Shown: positions 1-9,862, numbered from the stretch's first letter. The stretch is DNA of 64,000 nt from an uncultured Planctomycetota bacterium (GCA_963737655.1 CAVTTN010000002.1:192001-256000), one strand, 5' to 3'. Program-made: numbers and translations. Notes: generated by a model not told the origin, from the letters alone.

Positions 1-315
1 CGCCTCGATCATCTCGGGGTCAATCCCTCGCCCGGGATGGCGCTTGCCCAGCGATTCCCAGCCGCGGGCCAGCAACTCGGCGAGCGAGACCGTGGCCTGG
101 TCGTCAATCGCCACGGTCGGCGAGGGCCCGCCCGAGGGCCGCGAGCCCTCGGCATCCGCCAGGCTCCGATACGCCGCCTCGGCCCGGCGGAACCGGGCCG
201 AGCGGGTCGGGTCGTCGGCGGCCTCCCGGGCGAGCCCCTCGGCCGCGATCGCCAGGTGCCGGACGGCGTGCGCGAAGTCTCCGAGCGGCAGAGAGATCCG
301 GGGCAGGCTGGACAT
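1..315 (-). CDS. Hypothetical protein, 3' end beyond the window edge
   Basis: Not in the ORF track. ATG at 315 with GGGGAG upstream; open frame MSSLPRISLPLGDFAHAVRHLAIAAEGLAREAADD... runs to base 1 with GC3-rich codons. Confidence 0.55.
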   Translation of the reverse strand, partial: MSSLPRISLPLGDFAHAVRHLAIAAEGLAREAADDPTRSARFRRAEAAYRSLADAEGSRPSGGPSPTVAIDDQATVSLAELLARGWESLGKRHPGRGIDPEMIEA

Positions 316-743
316 GGCGGCGGGTTCTCCCCCTTGACGACCCCCGTCCCGACACACTTCCCGCAGGATCGAGGTGCCGGGAGTCGGTCCTCGCGGCCAT
401 TTTCCGAATGGAGAGTAACCCGATCTCGGCCGGGGGTCCAGAGCGGCCGACCGGCGGTCGACCGGGCCGTTCCTCTTGCCTCCAGGGGCGGCGATCGGCC
501 GCAGGCTCGCGGGAATCGGTCCGATATTTGCTCTCTCTGGGCGAATTGCGCTGGAGTCGTTTGCCGTCTCATGAAATGATCTACTGGGCCTGCCGAACTC
601 GGCAGGCCGTCCCTGGGACTCTGCCGGAACAGAGAACTCGGGAACTTCCCTCGAACGCGTCATCGCGTCCGGGTCCTGGACACGCGAAGGACGGCCCGAC
701 CCCGGGTCGCCCCGCCTTTCGCGAACCGAGAGAGAGGCCGCTC

Positions 744-1139
744 ATGCACCGATCTTCCGTATCCCAGCGCGAACTGGCCCCGGGACGGCGAGGCACGCTG
801 GCTCCCGAGGCCAATGATGGCGTGATGTCCGATCGCATCCAGCAGATCGTCACGAGGCTTCGCCTGGTGACCGCGCCGAGCCGCCAGATGATCCTCCTGC
901 TCCTGGCCGAGGGGGAGCAGTCGGTCGGCGAGATCTGCGACGTCCTGAACAATCCGTCGCAACCGGCGGTCAGCCACCAGCTCTCGCTGCTCCGCCACGG
1001 CCGCCTGGTGGAGGGCCAGAGGCGAGGCCGCAAGGTGTTCTATCAACTGACCGATTCGGGTCGAGCCGTGACCGATGCCTTCGCGACCCTCAGCGAGTCG
1101 CGGAACCTGAGCCGTCCGTCCCTTCCGCGTCCCCGATAG
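744..1139 (+). CDS. ArsR/SmtB family transcriptional regulator
   Basis: Winged-HTH motif: SRQMILLLLAEGEQSVGEI...SQPAVSHQLSLLRHGRLVEGQRRGRKVFYQL. Start could be 744 or 825. Confidence 0.85.
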   Translation: MHRSSVSQRELAPGRRGTLAPEANDGVMSDRIQQIVTRLRLVTAPSRQMILLLLAEGEQSVGEICDVLNNPSQPAVSHQLSLLRHGRLVEGQRRGRKVFYQLTDSGRAVTDAFATLSESRNLSRPSLPRPR

Positions 1140-1261
1140 TCGAGAGTCGAGAGTCGAGGATCCTCCGCGGGACACAGCATGGCGCGGCGCGCCGATTGCG
1201 TCCTCCCCCTCGCGGATCGGATCGTCTGCCGATCGGCGAACCCCGCCGAGGACTTCCCCTG

Positions 1262-1549
1262 ATGCGACCGCACCGGCTCCTCGCACTTTCCCTGATCCTG
1301 GCCGTGCCCCTGGGCGCGGTCGGCTGCTCGGAATCCACCCCGGGACGGGGCGACAATTCGGGAAGCACCCCGATCAACGCCGGAGGGCGGATCACGGCCT
1401 CCGGGGGCGGCAGCGTGGACAGTCAAGGGACCGGGATCGCCACCCCCGGCACCCCGTCCGACACCCCGGACACCAAGAGCATGGCCACCGGCCGAGGGCC
1501 CACGTCCACCGGCTCCGGCGCGGGGGACAGCGGATCGCCCCCGCGCTGA
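1262..1549 (+). CDS. Small Gly/Ser/Thr-rich lipoprotein
   Basis: Signal peptide MRPHRLLALSLILAVPLGAVG-C with a lipobox-type Cys, then a low-complexity tail. Confidence 0.7.
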   Translation: MRPHRLLALSLILAVPLGAVGCSESTPGRGDNSGSTPINAGGRITASGGGSVDSQGTGIATPGTPSDTPDTKSMATGRGPTSTGSGAGDSGSPPR

Positions 1550-1574
1550 CCCTCGGCCCGCGCCGTCGTCCCCA

Positions 1575-3122
1575 TCACGAGCGCCAGTGAGGCGAGGCGG
1601 CCCTCGTCAAGACATCGACCGCGCCAAGGCGGAGCCTCGGCGTGATCCGGGTATGAGGATGACCGATCAGGGCCTGGGTCGAGGCGCGGACCACGAAGCG
1701 GAATCGCCCCTGGGGCAGCGGTCGAGCCGACACGGTCCATTGCCCCGAGCCGTCGGCCTGGCCCGTCCCGACCCGTTCCCATCCCACCGATCCCCGACGG
1801 GCGGCGAACAGGGTGATCGAGGCGTCCGGAGCGGAGGTCCCGGCGAACTCGGGCGACGGAGAATTCGTGGTGCTCTGCCAGCGGGTCGCGATCTCCCCGG
1901 TACCGAGCACGCGATGGCCGGTCAAGATCGTCGGGTCCGCGAAGTTGCCGCCCGAGCCGAGCGTGGGGACGACGTTCTCCTGATACCACAGGTGGACCGT
2001 CGTATGGCTGATCCCCGGGCCGGTCAGGTCGTAATAGGTCGCGTTGCCCCGCACCGGCACCTGGCCCCACAAGTTGTACAGGTTGCTATTGGCCCACGCG
2101 GCCTGGACCGGGGTGTGCTGCCAGAAGACCTGGGCTTCATCCACGTTCGGCGGGATGGAGGGGATCGGGTCGTCGGCCACCCACTGGTAGAAGTTGATCG
2201 TCTTGCGGGCGAGCGAGCCCTCGGTGCCGTTGGCGATGCTGTATTGATATCCGGGCGCGTGGCTGTTGGCGGCGTGGGGGTCGAGCATCGTCATCTCGAT
2301 GAACCCGCTGGCAAGCTGGGGGGCTTCCTTCACCTGGAGGAGCTGGTCGGCCACGCTGTTGACGACCGTGCCCTCGCTGTGGCCGATGAAGTGGATGTCC
2401 ACCGGGTCGCCGGCCGGGAATTCCGAGGCGACCTTGTTGATGATCCTCGCGAGCTTCGGCCCCTGGCGGGCGGCCCGGCCGGGGGTCCGGCTATCGGCGG
2501 CCCAGACGTACTTGATCACCGAATCATAGCCCTGGGCCCGGAGCGAGTTGGCCATCTGCACTTGCCAGGAAGGGCCGGTGGCGTCGTCGTGCTGGTACTG
2601 GAGGCCCCCGTGGGTCACCACGCCGATCACGTGGGTATGGATCGTCCCGGTCCTCGACGCCAGGTCCGGCGCCCCGATGGCCGTGGCCGGGTTCGCCACG
2701 GCGAGGACGTAGGGCTGGTCGGGGACCGGCGGGAGGCCCGCGGGCAGGGGGATGGTCAGCGTGTGATGGCCGACCTGGCTCGCCGGCTGGCCGTTGTCGT
2801 CCAGCTTCGTCGTCCCCACGGACGCCGTGTCCATCGTCACCGACCCGATTTCCGAGTCCGCGGAGTCGTAGGTCGCGTCGGCCGATCGGTACAGCCCGAA
2901 CTCCAGGGAAGGCGGGAGGTTCGTCCCGGTGATGTCGTAATCGATCACCACCTCGTGGGAATCATTGGTGTGGGCCGAATCCACCACGACCGACGGCAGG
3001 GCCGCCGCCGAGAGCACCAACCTCGGCTCCAGCCCCTCGATCGACCGCCCGAGCTCGGGCTTCCGGGACGGACGACGGCCCTCGGCCTCGATCGATCGGA
3101 AACCTCGCTGGAAGAGCCTCAT
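1575..3122 (-). CDS. Extracellular alpha/beta-hydrolase-fold protein with LEPRxLL motif and C-terminal Ig-like domain
   Basis: N-terminal EGLEPRLVLS; IHFIGHSEG nucleophile elbow; MTMLDP; C-terminal PEFAGTSAPDASITL...GQADGSGQWTV Ig-like segment. Confidence 0.75.
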   Translation of the reverse strand: MRLFQRGFRSIEAEGRRPSRKPELGRSIEGLEPRLVLSAAALPSVVVDSAHTNDSHEVVIDYDITGTNLPPSLEFGLYRSADATYDSADSEIGSVTMDTASVGTTKLDDNGQPASQVGHHTLTIPLPAGLPPVPDQPYVLAVANPATAIGAPDLASRTGTIHTHVIGVVTHGGLQYQHDDATGPSWQVQMANSLRAQGYDSVIKYVWAADSRTPGRAARQGPKLARIINKVASEFPAGDPVDIHFIGHSEGTVVNSVADQLLQVKEAPQLASGFIEMTMLDPHAANSHAPGYQYSIANGTEGSLARKTINFYQWVADDPIPSIPPNVDEAQVFWQHTPVQAAWANSNLYNLWGQVPVRGNATYYDLTGPGISHTTVHLWYQENVVPTLGSGGNFADPTILTGHRVLGTGEIATRWQSTTNSPSPEFAGTSAPDASITLFAARRGSVGWERVGTGQADGSGQWTVSARPLPQGRFRFVVRASTQALIGHPHTRITPRLRLGAVDVLTRAASPHWRS

Positions 3123-3248
3123 GGACCGACCCCCGGGGGAGAAGAGACGATGCGCCTCTCCCCCAGGATCGGCCGACCCTCCCATCCGGCATGAGCCCGA
3201 ATTCCGGAGAAATCCGAAGAATCCTCAAATCCTACCCAGACCCGCCGA

Positions 3249-4910
3249 TCATCGGACCTTCGCGCGGAACTCGACGGAGCCCTCGGCCCCTGGAGCGATC
3301 GCTCCGGGGAGATCCCAGCGCAATTCCGAGGAGCCCGCCGCGTTCCCCTCGGCGGAGAACACGGTGCCCTGCGGCCCCATCGCCGAGTTCGGCACGTATT
3401 CCAGGCGGGGCAAGAGGCTGTCGATGACCGAGACGTCCCGGATCGGCACGTTGCCCATGTTGCGGTAGCGGATGGTGAAGGTCACGACGTCCCCCGGCTC
3501 GGCCTCTCCGGCGCTGACCTGCTTGACCACGGCCAGGCCCGGCTTGTTCGGCGGGACTTCCACCCCGGCGACCTCCGAGGACGTCCACGACGAGACCTTT
3601 TCGCCCAGGCCCTCGACCACCCCTCGGACGATCGCCCCTTCGGCCGTCTTGATCGCCTGGAGCTTGATCGCGTCGCGGTTCATTTTCATGGCCAGGTTCT
3701 GATTGGCAACTTCCATGTTCTGCACCAGAACGCGCCCGGCCACGTGGGTCGGCACGTCGTAGCCCTGGAGGACGCGCAGCTCGAAATGTTCCCCGGCGGA
3801 GACCCGCCCCTTCATCCCGGACGCCCGGGCGCGGTGCCGGGCCATCTCGGGCGATTGGTTCTGCGTGAACTTCTTCGCCATCTGCCGGGCCTGATGGGTC
3901 ACCTGATGCGCCGCGATCTCGCTGGAGGCGAGGTTCTCGACCAACCTCGTCTCATTGGCCCCGACTCCGGACCTCAGGACGGCGAACCTCGGGGCGTAGA
4001 GGCAAACCATGTTGGTGGGCAGGACCCTCGGGCGTTGGTCGGCGCGGAACCGGATCACGGCGTCCCTCGGGTCGATCCCCCGGAGTCCGCCATCGCCGCC
4101 GAACGCCGCGGGCGAGGCGTGGTCGCCTCCGTCGCAGAGGAATTCGTCGCGAGGCAGCCACGACCGGCCCGGAGGAGGCGGCGTCCCGCGGACCGGCCCG
4201 CAGGGCAGGGGGCACCGGCCCCCCTCGGGCCCCGAGAAGGGGCAGGGGACCGAGCCGATCGACCACTCCGCCTCTCCGGAAAGCTCCTCGAACGTCGGGG
4301 CACGACTGCCGATCCTCACCACCGCCACGACCCGACCCAGCACCTGGGCGACCTTCAGGGGATCTTCGACCGGAGAGAGCGTCACGGCCGGAATCCGGTC
4401 CTTGGGGAGGCTCACGGGCAGGGCCTGGTCGGGCGCCTCGAGGTAGACGGCCTGCGTGACCAGCCGGCCGCGATCGGCGGCGTCCTCGACGTCGTCCTCG
4501 GTGATCGCGATCCGAATCGGGTACTTCGTCGGGTCGATCCCCGGGGGCCGGTGGAGGTGGCCGACCAGCTCCACGACCGGGAAAAGCTCCTTGCCCGGCG
4601 CCGTGGGCAGGTCCGAGAGCTTGAGCCGATACCCCACGCCCAGCTTCAGCCCCACGGCCCCCGTCGGAGGCCCGGCCAGGGGTTCGGTGGCCGGGCCGAG
4701 GACTTCCAGCTTCGCCCCATCGGGCACCGAGAACTTCACGACCTGCACCTCGGGCGGGATGATCGGCACCACCGACGCGGGCGGGACGCTCGGGGCCGGG
4801 GAGGCGGGCGAGGGGTCCGCCGTCTGGGCGGTCGCGGCCATCGGCAAGGCGGCGAGTATCAGGAACAGCGCCGGGCCGATCCGGCCGGGCGATGGGGATC
4901 GCGGGTCCAT
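3249..4910 (-). CDS. Exported protein with an unnamed N-terminal domain and a C-terminal DUF11 (OmcB-like) domain
   Basis: Signal peptide ending MAATA-Q; C-terminal LAVVKQVSAGEAEPGDVVTFTIRYRNMGNVPIRDVSVIDSLLPRLEYVPNS is a typical DUF11 repeat; GGAGGA RBS. Confidence 0.8.
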   Translation of the reverse strand: MDPRSPSPGRIGPALFLILAALPMAATAQTADPSPASPAPSVPPASVVPIIPPEVQVVKFSVPDGAKLEVLGPATEPLAGPPTGAVGLKLGVGYRLKLSDLPTAPGKELFPVVELVGHLHRPPGIDPTKYPIRIAITEDDVEDAADRGRLVTQAVYLEAPDQALPVSLPKDRIPAVTLSPVEDPLKVAQVLGRVVAVVRIGSRAPTFEELSGEAEWSIGSVPCPFSGPEGGRCPLPCGPVRGTPPPPGRSWLPRDEFLCDGGDHASPAAFGGDGGLRGIDPRDAVIRFRADQRPRVLPTNMVCLYAPRFAVLRSGVGANETRLVENLASSEIAAHQVTHQARQMAKKFTQNQSPEMARHRARASGMKGRVSAGEHFELRVLQGYDVPTHVAGRVLVQNMEVANQNLAMKMNRDAIKLQAIKTAEGAIVRGVVEGLGEKVSSWTSSEVAGVEVPPNKPGLAVVKQVSAGEAEPGDVVTFTIRYRNMGNVPIRDVSVIDSLLPRLEYVPNSAMGPQGTVFSAEGNAAGSSELRWDLPGAIAPGAEGSVEFRAKVR

Positions 4911-5077
4911 CAGTTCCTCCTGGAAGGGCGCACGACGCGCCGGGATCGGCCCGGGCCAGGCCAGGGCCCGCGATCCGGACGAGGAAAAAAGACCGCCCCG
5001 GAAGGCCGCGGCTCGGGAGGCGCGACCCGCCGGGGCGGAGGGCAACTCGGTCAAAGGCCGGGGGGCCTGGGGACGAC

Positions 5078-6223
5078 TCAGAGCCCCGGGTTCGGCGGCG
5101 AGAGCGAGGGGGGCTCGGCCGGCGAGGCCAGCGGCATGTCGCCGGGCTTCGGGGCGTCGGCCGGGGCGGCCGGCTCATCCCCGGGCTTCGGGGCATCGGC
5201 CGGGGCGGCCGGGGCGGCCGGATCGGCACCCGGGACCGGGTCGGCGGCCGGCGGGGGAGCCGCGGCCGGCGGGGGAGCCGGGGTCGGGGCCGGCGGAGGC
5301 GTGACGACTCCGGGGGCCGGAACATTCGGGTCCACCGGGACGGTCGGGGCCACCGAGCTCGGGGCCTGGAGCCTCATCCCGCCAATCGCCGGGTTGCCCG
5401 GCTCGTTCAGATAGCGGGGAGCGGCCGGCACGACCATCGCCGGAGATCCCGTCATCGGCACCGAGGACACCCCGGCCGCCGGCATCTCCAGGTCGATCGC
5501 CCCGAGACGCACGATCATGAGGATCGTCCCGCGACGGTCCGCCTCCAGGATCGGGTCCACGCCCGGGTCCAGGCGGGTCGAGACCAGCGTCTCCACGCCC
5601 GAGACGGCCAGTTCCTGGTACTTCGGATCGGGCAGGTAGACCACCTTCGTCACGAAGTTCCCGGCCGTGACCTGGTCGAAGTCATCCTCGGTGAAGATCG
5701 CCGGAATCGGGTTATGCGTCAGGAACGCGTCGGTCGCCGGGGTGCTCGGCGCGATCTCCAGGGTCGGGTAGAGGACCAAGCCCTCGTGCCCCTTGATGTC
5801 GGTGATCTTCAGCCGGTAGATGTAGCCCTGGGTGAAGTTATAGCGGGCCGGAACGGTCAATTGGGCGGGCAGATAGACCCGCTCCGCCCCGTTGGCCCCC
5901 CCGGCGGCGGTCTGCCAGCCGATCTTCATCCCGGTCGGCTCGACGAAGAAGATCTGGCTGCGGATGTTGGGGAACCGCCGACCGGGCTGGCCCCCGCCTG
6001 GGCCGCCCATCCCCCCGCCGTGGGAACAGGTCGGGCCTCCGGCGCATCCGGCGACCCCAGCGGCGCATCCGGCGCCCGGGGTGATCATCCCGCCCGGGGG
6101 CGCCGGCCCGTCCACGACCGCATCGGGCCCGAGGAGCTTCTTGCCTCCGACGTGGGGCTTGCCGAACAGCCCGCCGGTCGAGGTCGCCGCCGCCAACAGC
6201 AGCACTCCGATCGTATTCATCAT
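5078..6223 (-). CDS. Exported hypothetical protein with Pro/Ala-rich tail, paralogous to the N-terminal domain of the downstream gene
   Basis: AGGAGGA RBS before ATG 6223; signal-like [13 protein letters not shown]; globular core [22 protein letters not shown]...[23 protein letters not shown]. Confidence 0.8.
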   Translation of the reverse strand: MMNTIGVLLLAAATSTGGLFGKPHVGGKKLLGPDAVVDGPAPPGGMITPGAGCAAGVAGCAGGPTCSHGGGMGGPGGGQPGRRFPNIRSQIFFVEPTGMKIGWQTAAGGANGAERVYLPAQLTVPARYNFTQGYIYRLKITDIKGHEGLVLYPTLEIAPSTPATDAFLTHNPIPAIFTEDDFDQVTAGNFVTKVVYLPDPKYQELAVSGVETLVSTRLDPGVDPILEADRRGTILMIVRLGAIDLEMPAAGVSSVPMTGSPAMVVPAAPRYLNEPGNPAIGGMRLQAPSSVAPTVPVDPNVPAPGVVTPPPAPTPAPPPAAAPPPAADPVPGADPAAPAAPADAPKPGDEPAAPADAPKPGDMPLASPAEPPSLSPPNPGL

Positions 6224-6435
6224 TCCTCCTGAGGACGTCCCCGGAGGCCGGCGTCTCCGGCTCGGGGTTGCCGCCGTGCTCCTGGCTGATCGCGCCGACT
6301 CGGCCTCGACGAGGGGCCAAATCGCCCGCCCGGACCACCCCGACCGGCCCGGCCGGGGTTGCGGTTCGGAGCGTCTGGCGATAGGATCGGGCGATCCCCT
6401 CACCGCTCTTCAGGCAAAATCGGCACGACCCCACC

Positions 6436-7548
6436 ATGCCCAAGAATCGGCTCGTCCCCACGCTCCTCGTGGCGCTGACCGTCCCTCTCTGGGCGATGGC
6501 CCAGGCCCCGTCAGATTCGCCCGGCTCCTCCCCGGGGGCGGCCCGGCCCAAGGAAGAAGTCGCGCCCCCGACGGCCGCCGAGAAGAAGATCGACGAGGCC
6601 ATCAAGAGGGTCCGGGCCGTCCAGTCGGTCTCCGCCGACCTCCGCGTCTCGGCCGACATGCTCGACCAGAAATTCAGCCTCAAGGGCCAGTACCAGAAGG
6701 CCCCGGGCAACCGGGTCTACCTGCTGCTGACCGTCGTCGGCCTGGCCGACGCCAAGGGGACCGTGCTCCAGGTCTGCGACGGCAAGACCATCTGGGACTT
6801 CTCCCAGGTCATCGATACCCAGACCTGCAACCGACTGACCCTCAAGCCGATCCTCGACGCCCTGAACAAGCCGGAATGCGACGCCGAGTTCCGCGAGAAC
6901 ATCCTCTCGGGCCTGGGGTTCGCCGGACCGGAGGCCCTCCTGACCGGCCTCCGCAAGTCGTTCCTCTTCGACCAGATGCGCGAGGGGGACCTCGACGGCA
7001 AGCCCGTCCTGATCCTCAATGGGACGTGGAAGGACACGACCTTGCCGATCGGTCCCAACGGGATGGTGTTCTCCAATTTCGCCCCGTTGCCGCCCTACGT
7101 GCCGGGCCTCGTCTCGCTGACCCTGGGCAAGGACGACGACTGGCCCTATCAAATCGCCTTCGAGGGCCGGATGCCCACCCAGCTGGAAACCAGGAAGAGC
7201 GAGGAACGCGAGCTCGGGCCCGACGGCCGCCCGAAGGGCCGGAAGCTCAGCGGGCAGGCCGGCAAGCCCACCAAGATCAGCCTGACGTATTCCAACGTGA
7301 AGCTCAATCCCGAGATCCCCGACAAGACCTTCGCCTTCACCCCTCCGGCGGGGATCAAGGTCCAGGACGGCACCGACATGATCGCCGGCCAGCTCGACCA
7401 GAAGATCGCCGAGATCGCCGCCCGGAAGAAGACCGAGGCCGCCAAGGGAACCCCGGTCCTCGACGGCTCGCTGACCGCCCCCGCGCCCACCTCCCGGTCG
7501 ATCCCCGGCTCCGATCTCCTCAAGCCGCCGGCCGAAGCGCCCCGGTAA
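6436..7548 (+). CDS. LolA-like (outer-membrane lipoprotein carrier fold) periplasmic protein
   Basis: Sec signal ending AMA-Q; VQSVSADL, QVCDGKTIWDF and C-terminal LTYSNVKLNPEIPDKTFAFTPPAGIKVQD resemble LolA. Confidence 0.7.
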   Translation: MPKNRLVPTLLVALTVPLWAMAQAPSDSPGSSPGAARPKEEVAPPTAAEKKIDEAIKRVRAVQSVSADLRVSADMLDQKFSLKGQYQKAPGNRVYLLLTVVGLADAKGTVLQVCDGKTIWDFSQVIDTQTCNRLTLKPILDALNKPECDAEFRENILSGLGFAGPEALLTGLRKSFLFDQMREGDLDGKPVLILNGTWKDTTLPIGPNGMVFSNFAPLPPYVPGLVSLTLGKDDDWPYQIAFEGRMPTQLETRKSEERELGPDGRPKGRKLSGQAGKPTKISLTYSNVKLNPEIPDKTFAFTPPAGIKVQDGTDMIAGQLDQKIAEIAARKKTEAAKGTPVLDGSLTAPAPTSRSIPGSDLLKPPAEAPR

Positions 7549-7794
7549 GATCAGAGCACGAATCGAAGGAATTCCGGGTCCGACGGGCGCCAACGGCCGA
7601 TAAGATCGAAAGGGGATGGTCGGCTTCGAGAGATCGGGCTTGCCAGGGGCGGGGCCTCGGGCTAGGATTCGCCGCCCATCTCGACCACCCCGCCGACTTC
7701 CTCGCCGAGCACCCCGACCCGAGGGGAAGGTCCGTCCCCCAGAGCCGTTCCGAACCCTCCGAGTCCGGGGGTGCGGACCGGGGAGGTCTCCCGA

Positions 7795-8955
7795 ATGGTC
7801 CGTCGCCCCGTTCTGCTCGCCGTGGTCGCCGCTGGGCTCGCCGGCGGATGCGCCACGGGCCGCGTCGGGCCGTTCTCCTCGAAATCCGACGTCGCCGCCG
7901 ATCGGCCCGCCCCGGGGATCGCCGCGGTCGTCGAGAGCCACAATCAGAACGCCGAAAAGGTCACCAGCCTCGAAGCCACCCCCGCCGTGACCGGCAAGAT
8001 GGGGCGGTTCGGCGGGAGCCTTCGCGGCAACCTCGTCTTCGAGAAGCCCCGGAACTTCCGGTTCGTCGCCACGCCGACCATGAGCTCCAAGCCCGAGGCC
8101 GACTTCGGCTCCAACGACGAGGAATTCTGGGTCTGGATGAACGACCGCAACCCGGCCGACCGGGCCGTGTACGTCTGCCGGTACGACGCCGAGACCACCG
8201 GCACCGCCGAGCTGCCGTTCCAGCCCGAATGGGTCGTCGAGGCCCTGGGCTTCCGGCCGATCTCCCCGGCCGAGGAGAGGCAGATCCGCGTGAGGCCCGG
8301 CGATCGTCCGGGGACCGTGGTCTGGGTCCACAACCGGACGACTTCCAGCGGGGAGCCGGTTCAAAAGGCGACCCTGCTCGACGCCCGGACCGGCCAGGTC
8401 CTCCGCCACGAGTTCTACATGCCCGGCGGGAAGACGCCGGTGGCCACGGTCACCCCCGCGCGATTCGCCCAGGTGGAGCGCCGGGATGCCCGAGGCCAGA
8501 CCGTCCTGATCCCCCAGAACATCCACATCCGGTTGACCCCTCCGCAAGACCCCAGCGCGGCCACCGAGTTCGACCTCAAGCTCGAGGACATCCGCGTGAA
8601 TGCCCCGATCACCGAGGCGCACCGCGAAGGGCTCTTCAGCGTCCCCAAGATCGGCAACGATCGGGTCGTCCGCCTCGACGGCAACGCCGGCGGCGAGGTC
8701 AAGGGGACCGAGTATCGCCCGAGTCGCCCCGCGCCTCCGGCCGGGGGCGTGCCGAAGCTGGGCGAGCCCGAGCCCTTCAGCTCGCCCGACGAAAATTACC
8801 TGAAGAAGTCCGACGCCATGCCCCGGACCGAGGACGACCTCCAGAGGCCCGTCGATGGCGGCCTCGGCGCCCTGATCGGTCCGAACATGCCCAGCCCGCC
8901 CGAGCCTCCGGCCCTCCGGGCCGCCCAGGCCGGCCCCTTCCCGGGGTTGAATTGA
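7795..8955 (+). CDS. Lipoprotein with a probable LolA/LolB-like fold
   Basis: Lipobox LAGG-C; LRGNLVFEKPRNFRF, FGSNDEEFWVW and DLKLEDIRVNAPI..LFSVP parallel LolA-fold strands. Confidence 0.65.
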   Translation: MVRRPVLLAVVAAGLAGGCATGRVGPFSSKSDVAADRPAPGIAAVVESHNQNAEKVTSLEATPAVTGKMGRFGGSLRGNLVFEKPRNFRFVATPTMSSKPEADFGSNDEEFWVWMNDRNPADRAVYVCRYDAETTGTAELPFQPEWVVEALGFRPISPAEERQIRVRPGDRPGTVVWVHNRTTSSGEPVQKATLLDARTGQVLRHEFYMPGGKTPVATVTPARFAQVERRDARGQTVLIPQNIHIRLTPPQDPSAATEFDLKLEDIRVNAPITEAHREGLFSVPKIGNDRVVRLDGNAGGEVKGTEYRPSRPAPPAGGVPKLGEPEPFSSPDENYLKKSDAMPRTEDDLQRPVDGGLGALIGPNMPSPPEPPALRAAQAGPFPGLN

Positions 8956-8988
8956 CCGACGCACCCCGATGATCGCCGGAGAATGGCC

Positions 8989-9075
8989 TGGGTGGCATGC
9001 CTACGTCTTCGTAGGCATGTCTTCTCCCATTCGTATTGCGAAGACATGCCTACGAAGACGTAGGCAGGCCACCCC
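8989..9075. repeat. REP-like palindromic doublet, GGGTGGCATG family
   Basis: Two ~35 bp inverted arms (GGGTGGCATGCCTACGTCTTCGTAGGCATGTCTTC), each an internal hairpin, between convergent genes. Confidence 0.9.
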
Positions 9076-9084
9076 AATGGGAAG

Positions 9085-9666
9085 CTATCCCACGTTCCTC
9101 TGCTCGGCGACCCGCCTCAGCCGCTTTCGGGCCTTGGCCAGGATCGGGCCGATCGAGTTCTCGGGCAGTCCGAGCTGCTTGCCGATCTGGCGATAGTTCA
9201 GATACTTGAGGTGGTAGAGCCGGACCACGTCCGCCTCGCGATCGGGGAGGTCCTTGAGCATCCGCTCGACCTCCTCGGCCGAGGCGATGGGTTCGGCGTC
9301 CTCGCCCTGGTCGTCGCCGACGACGGCCCGGGACACCGTCACGTGGCCGAGCTCGGCCTCCCGGTGCCTCTTGACGATCTCCTTGATGCAGATCCGCCGG
9401 GCCACGACCGTCAGGTAGGTCGGCAACGCGCTCTTGCCCTTGAAATGGCGGAGGACGCGATAATCGTCGTCCACGATCCCGAGGAAGACCTCCGCCGCGA
9501 TGTCCTCCACGTCGTCGGGCCCGAGCAACAGGCTCCGGGCGTGCGAGACGTGATGGATCACGTGATAGATCAACCCCATGTAGCGATCCACGAAGTCATT
9601 CCAGGCGCCCGGCTCGTGACGGAGGCACCGATCGAGCAATTGGCGGTCGATGTCACGCAAGGGCAC
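9085..9666 (-). CDS. ECF-type sigma-70 family RNA polymerase sigma factor
   Basis: Region 2: AWNDFVDRY...DVEDIAAEVFL...LPTYLTVVARR. Region 4: LPDREADVVRLYHLKYLNYRQIGKQLGLPENSIGPILAKARKRL. GAGGAGG RBS before GTG 9666. Confidence 0.9.
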   Translation of the reverse strand: MPLRDIDRQLLDRCLRHEPGAWNDFVDRYMGLIYHVIHHVSHARSLLLGPDDVEDIAAEVFLGIVDDDYRVLRHFKGKSALPTYLTVVARRICIKEIVKRHREAELGHVTVSRAVVGDDQGEDAEPIASAEEVERMLKDLPDREADVVRLYHLKYLNYRQIGKQLGLPENSIGPILAKARKRLRRVAEQRNVG

Positions 9667-9862
9667 GGCCGATCCTCCTCGCCAGGGGTCGGGCTCGGGG
9701 GCAAATCCGCGGAAGTCTCGTCCGGCGGGATTCAAATCCACACCGATCTTTCCATTGTACCCCACCGGCCGGATCGGGCAAGAATCCGCCGAAATTTCAT
9801 GGATGCAATCATCTCCGCGGACGGGCGCACGACCCGAGCCGGGCGAGCCCCCCGGGACCGGC

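Noticed and set aside
1139..1158. GTCGAGA heptamer repeated about three times after the ArsR stop
   Set aside because: Too short to support a function; plausible slippage.
5892..8972. Very long alternative-frame and antisense ORFs (e.g. 5892-8972, 29163-32864, 32585-35734, 51937-55707)
   Set aside because: They are Arg/Gly/Pro-rich shadows of real genes, expected where stop codons are rare at high GC.
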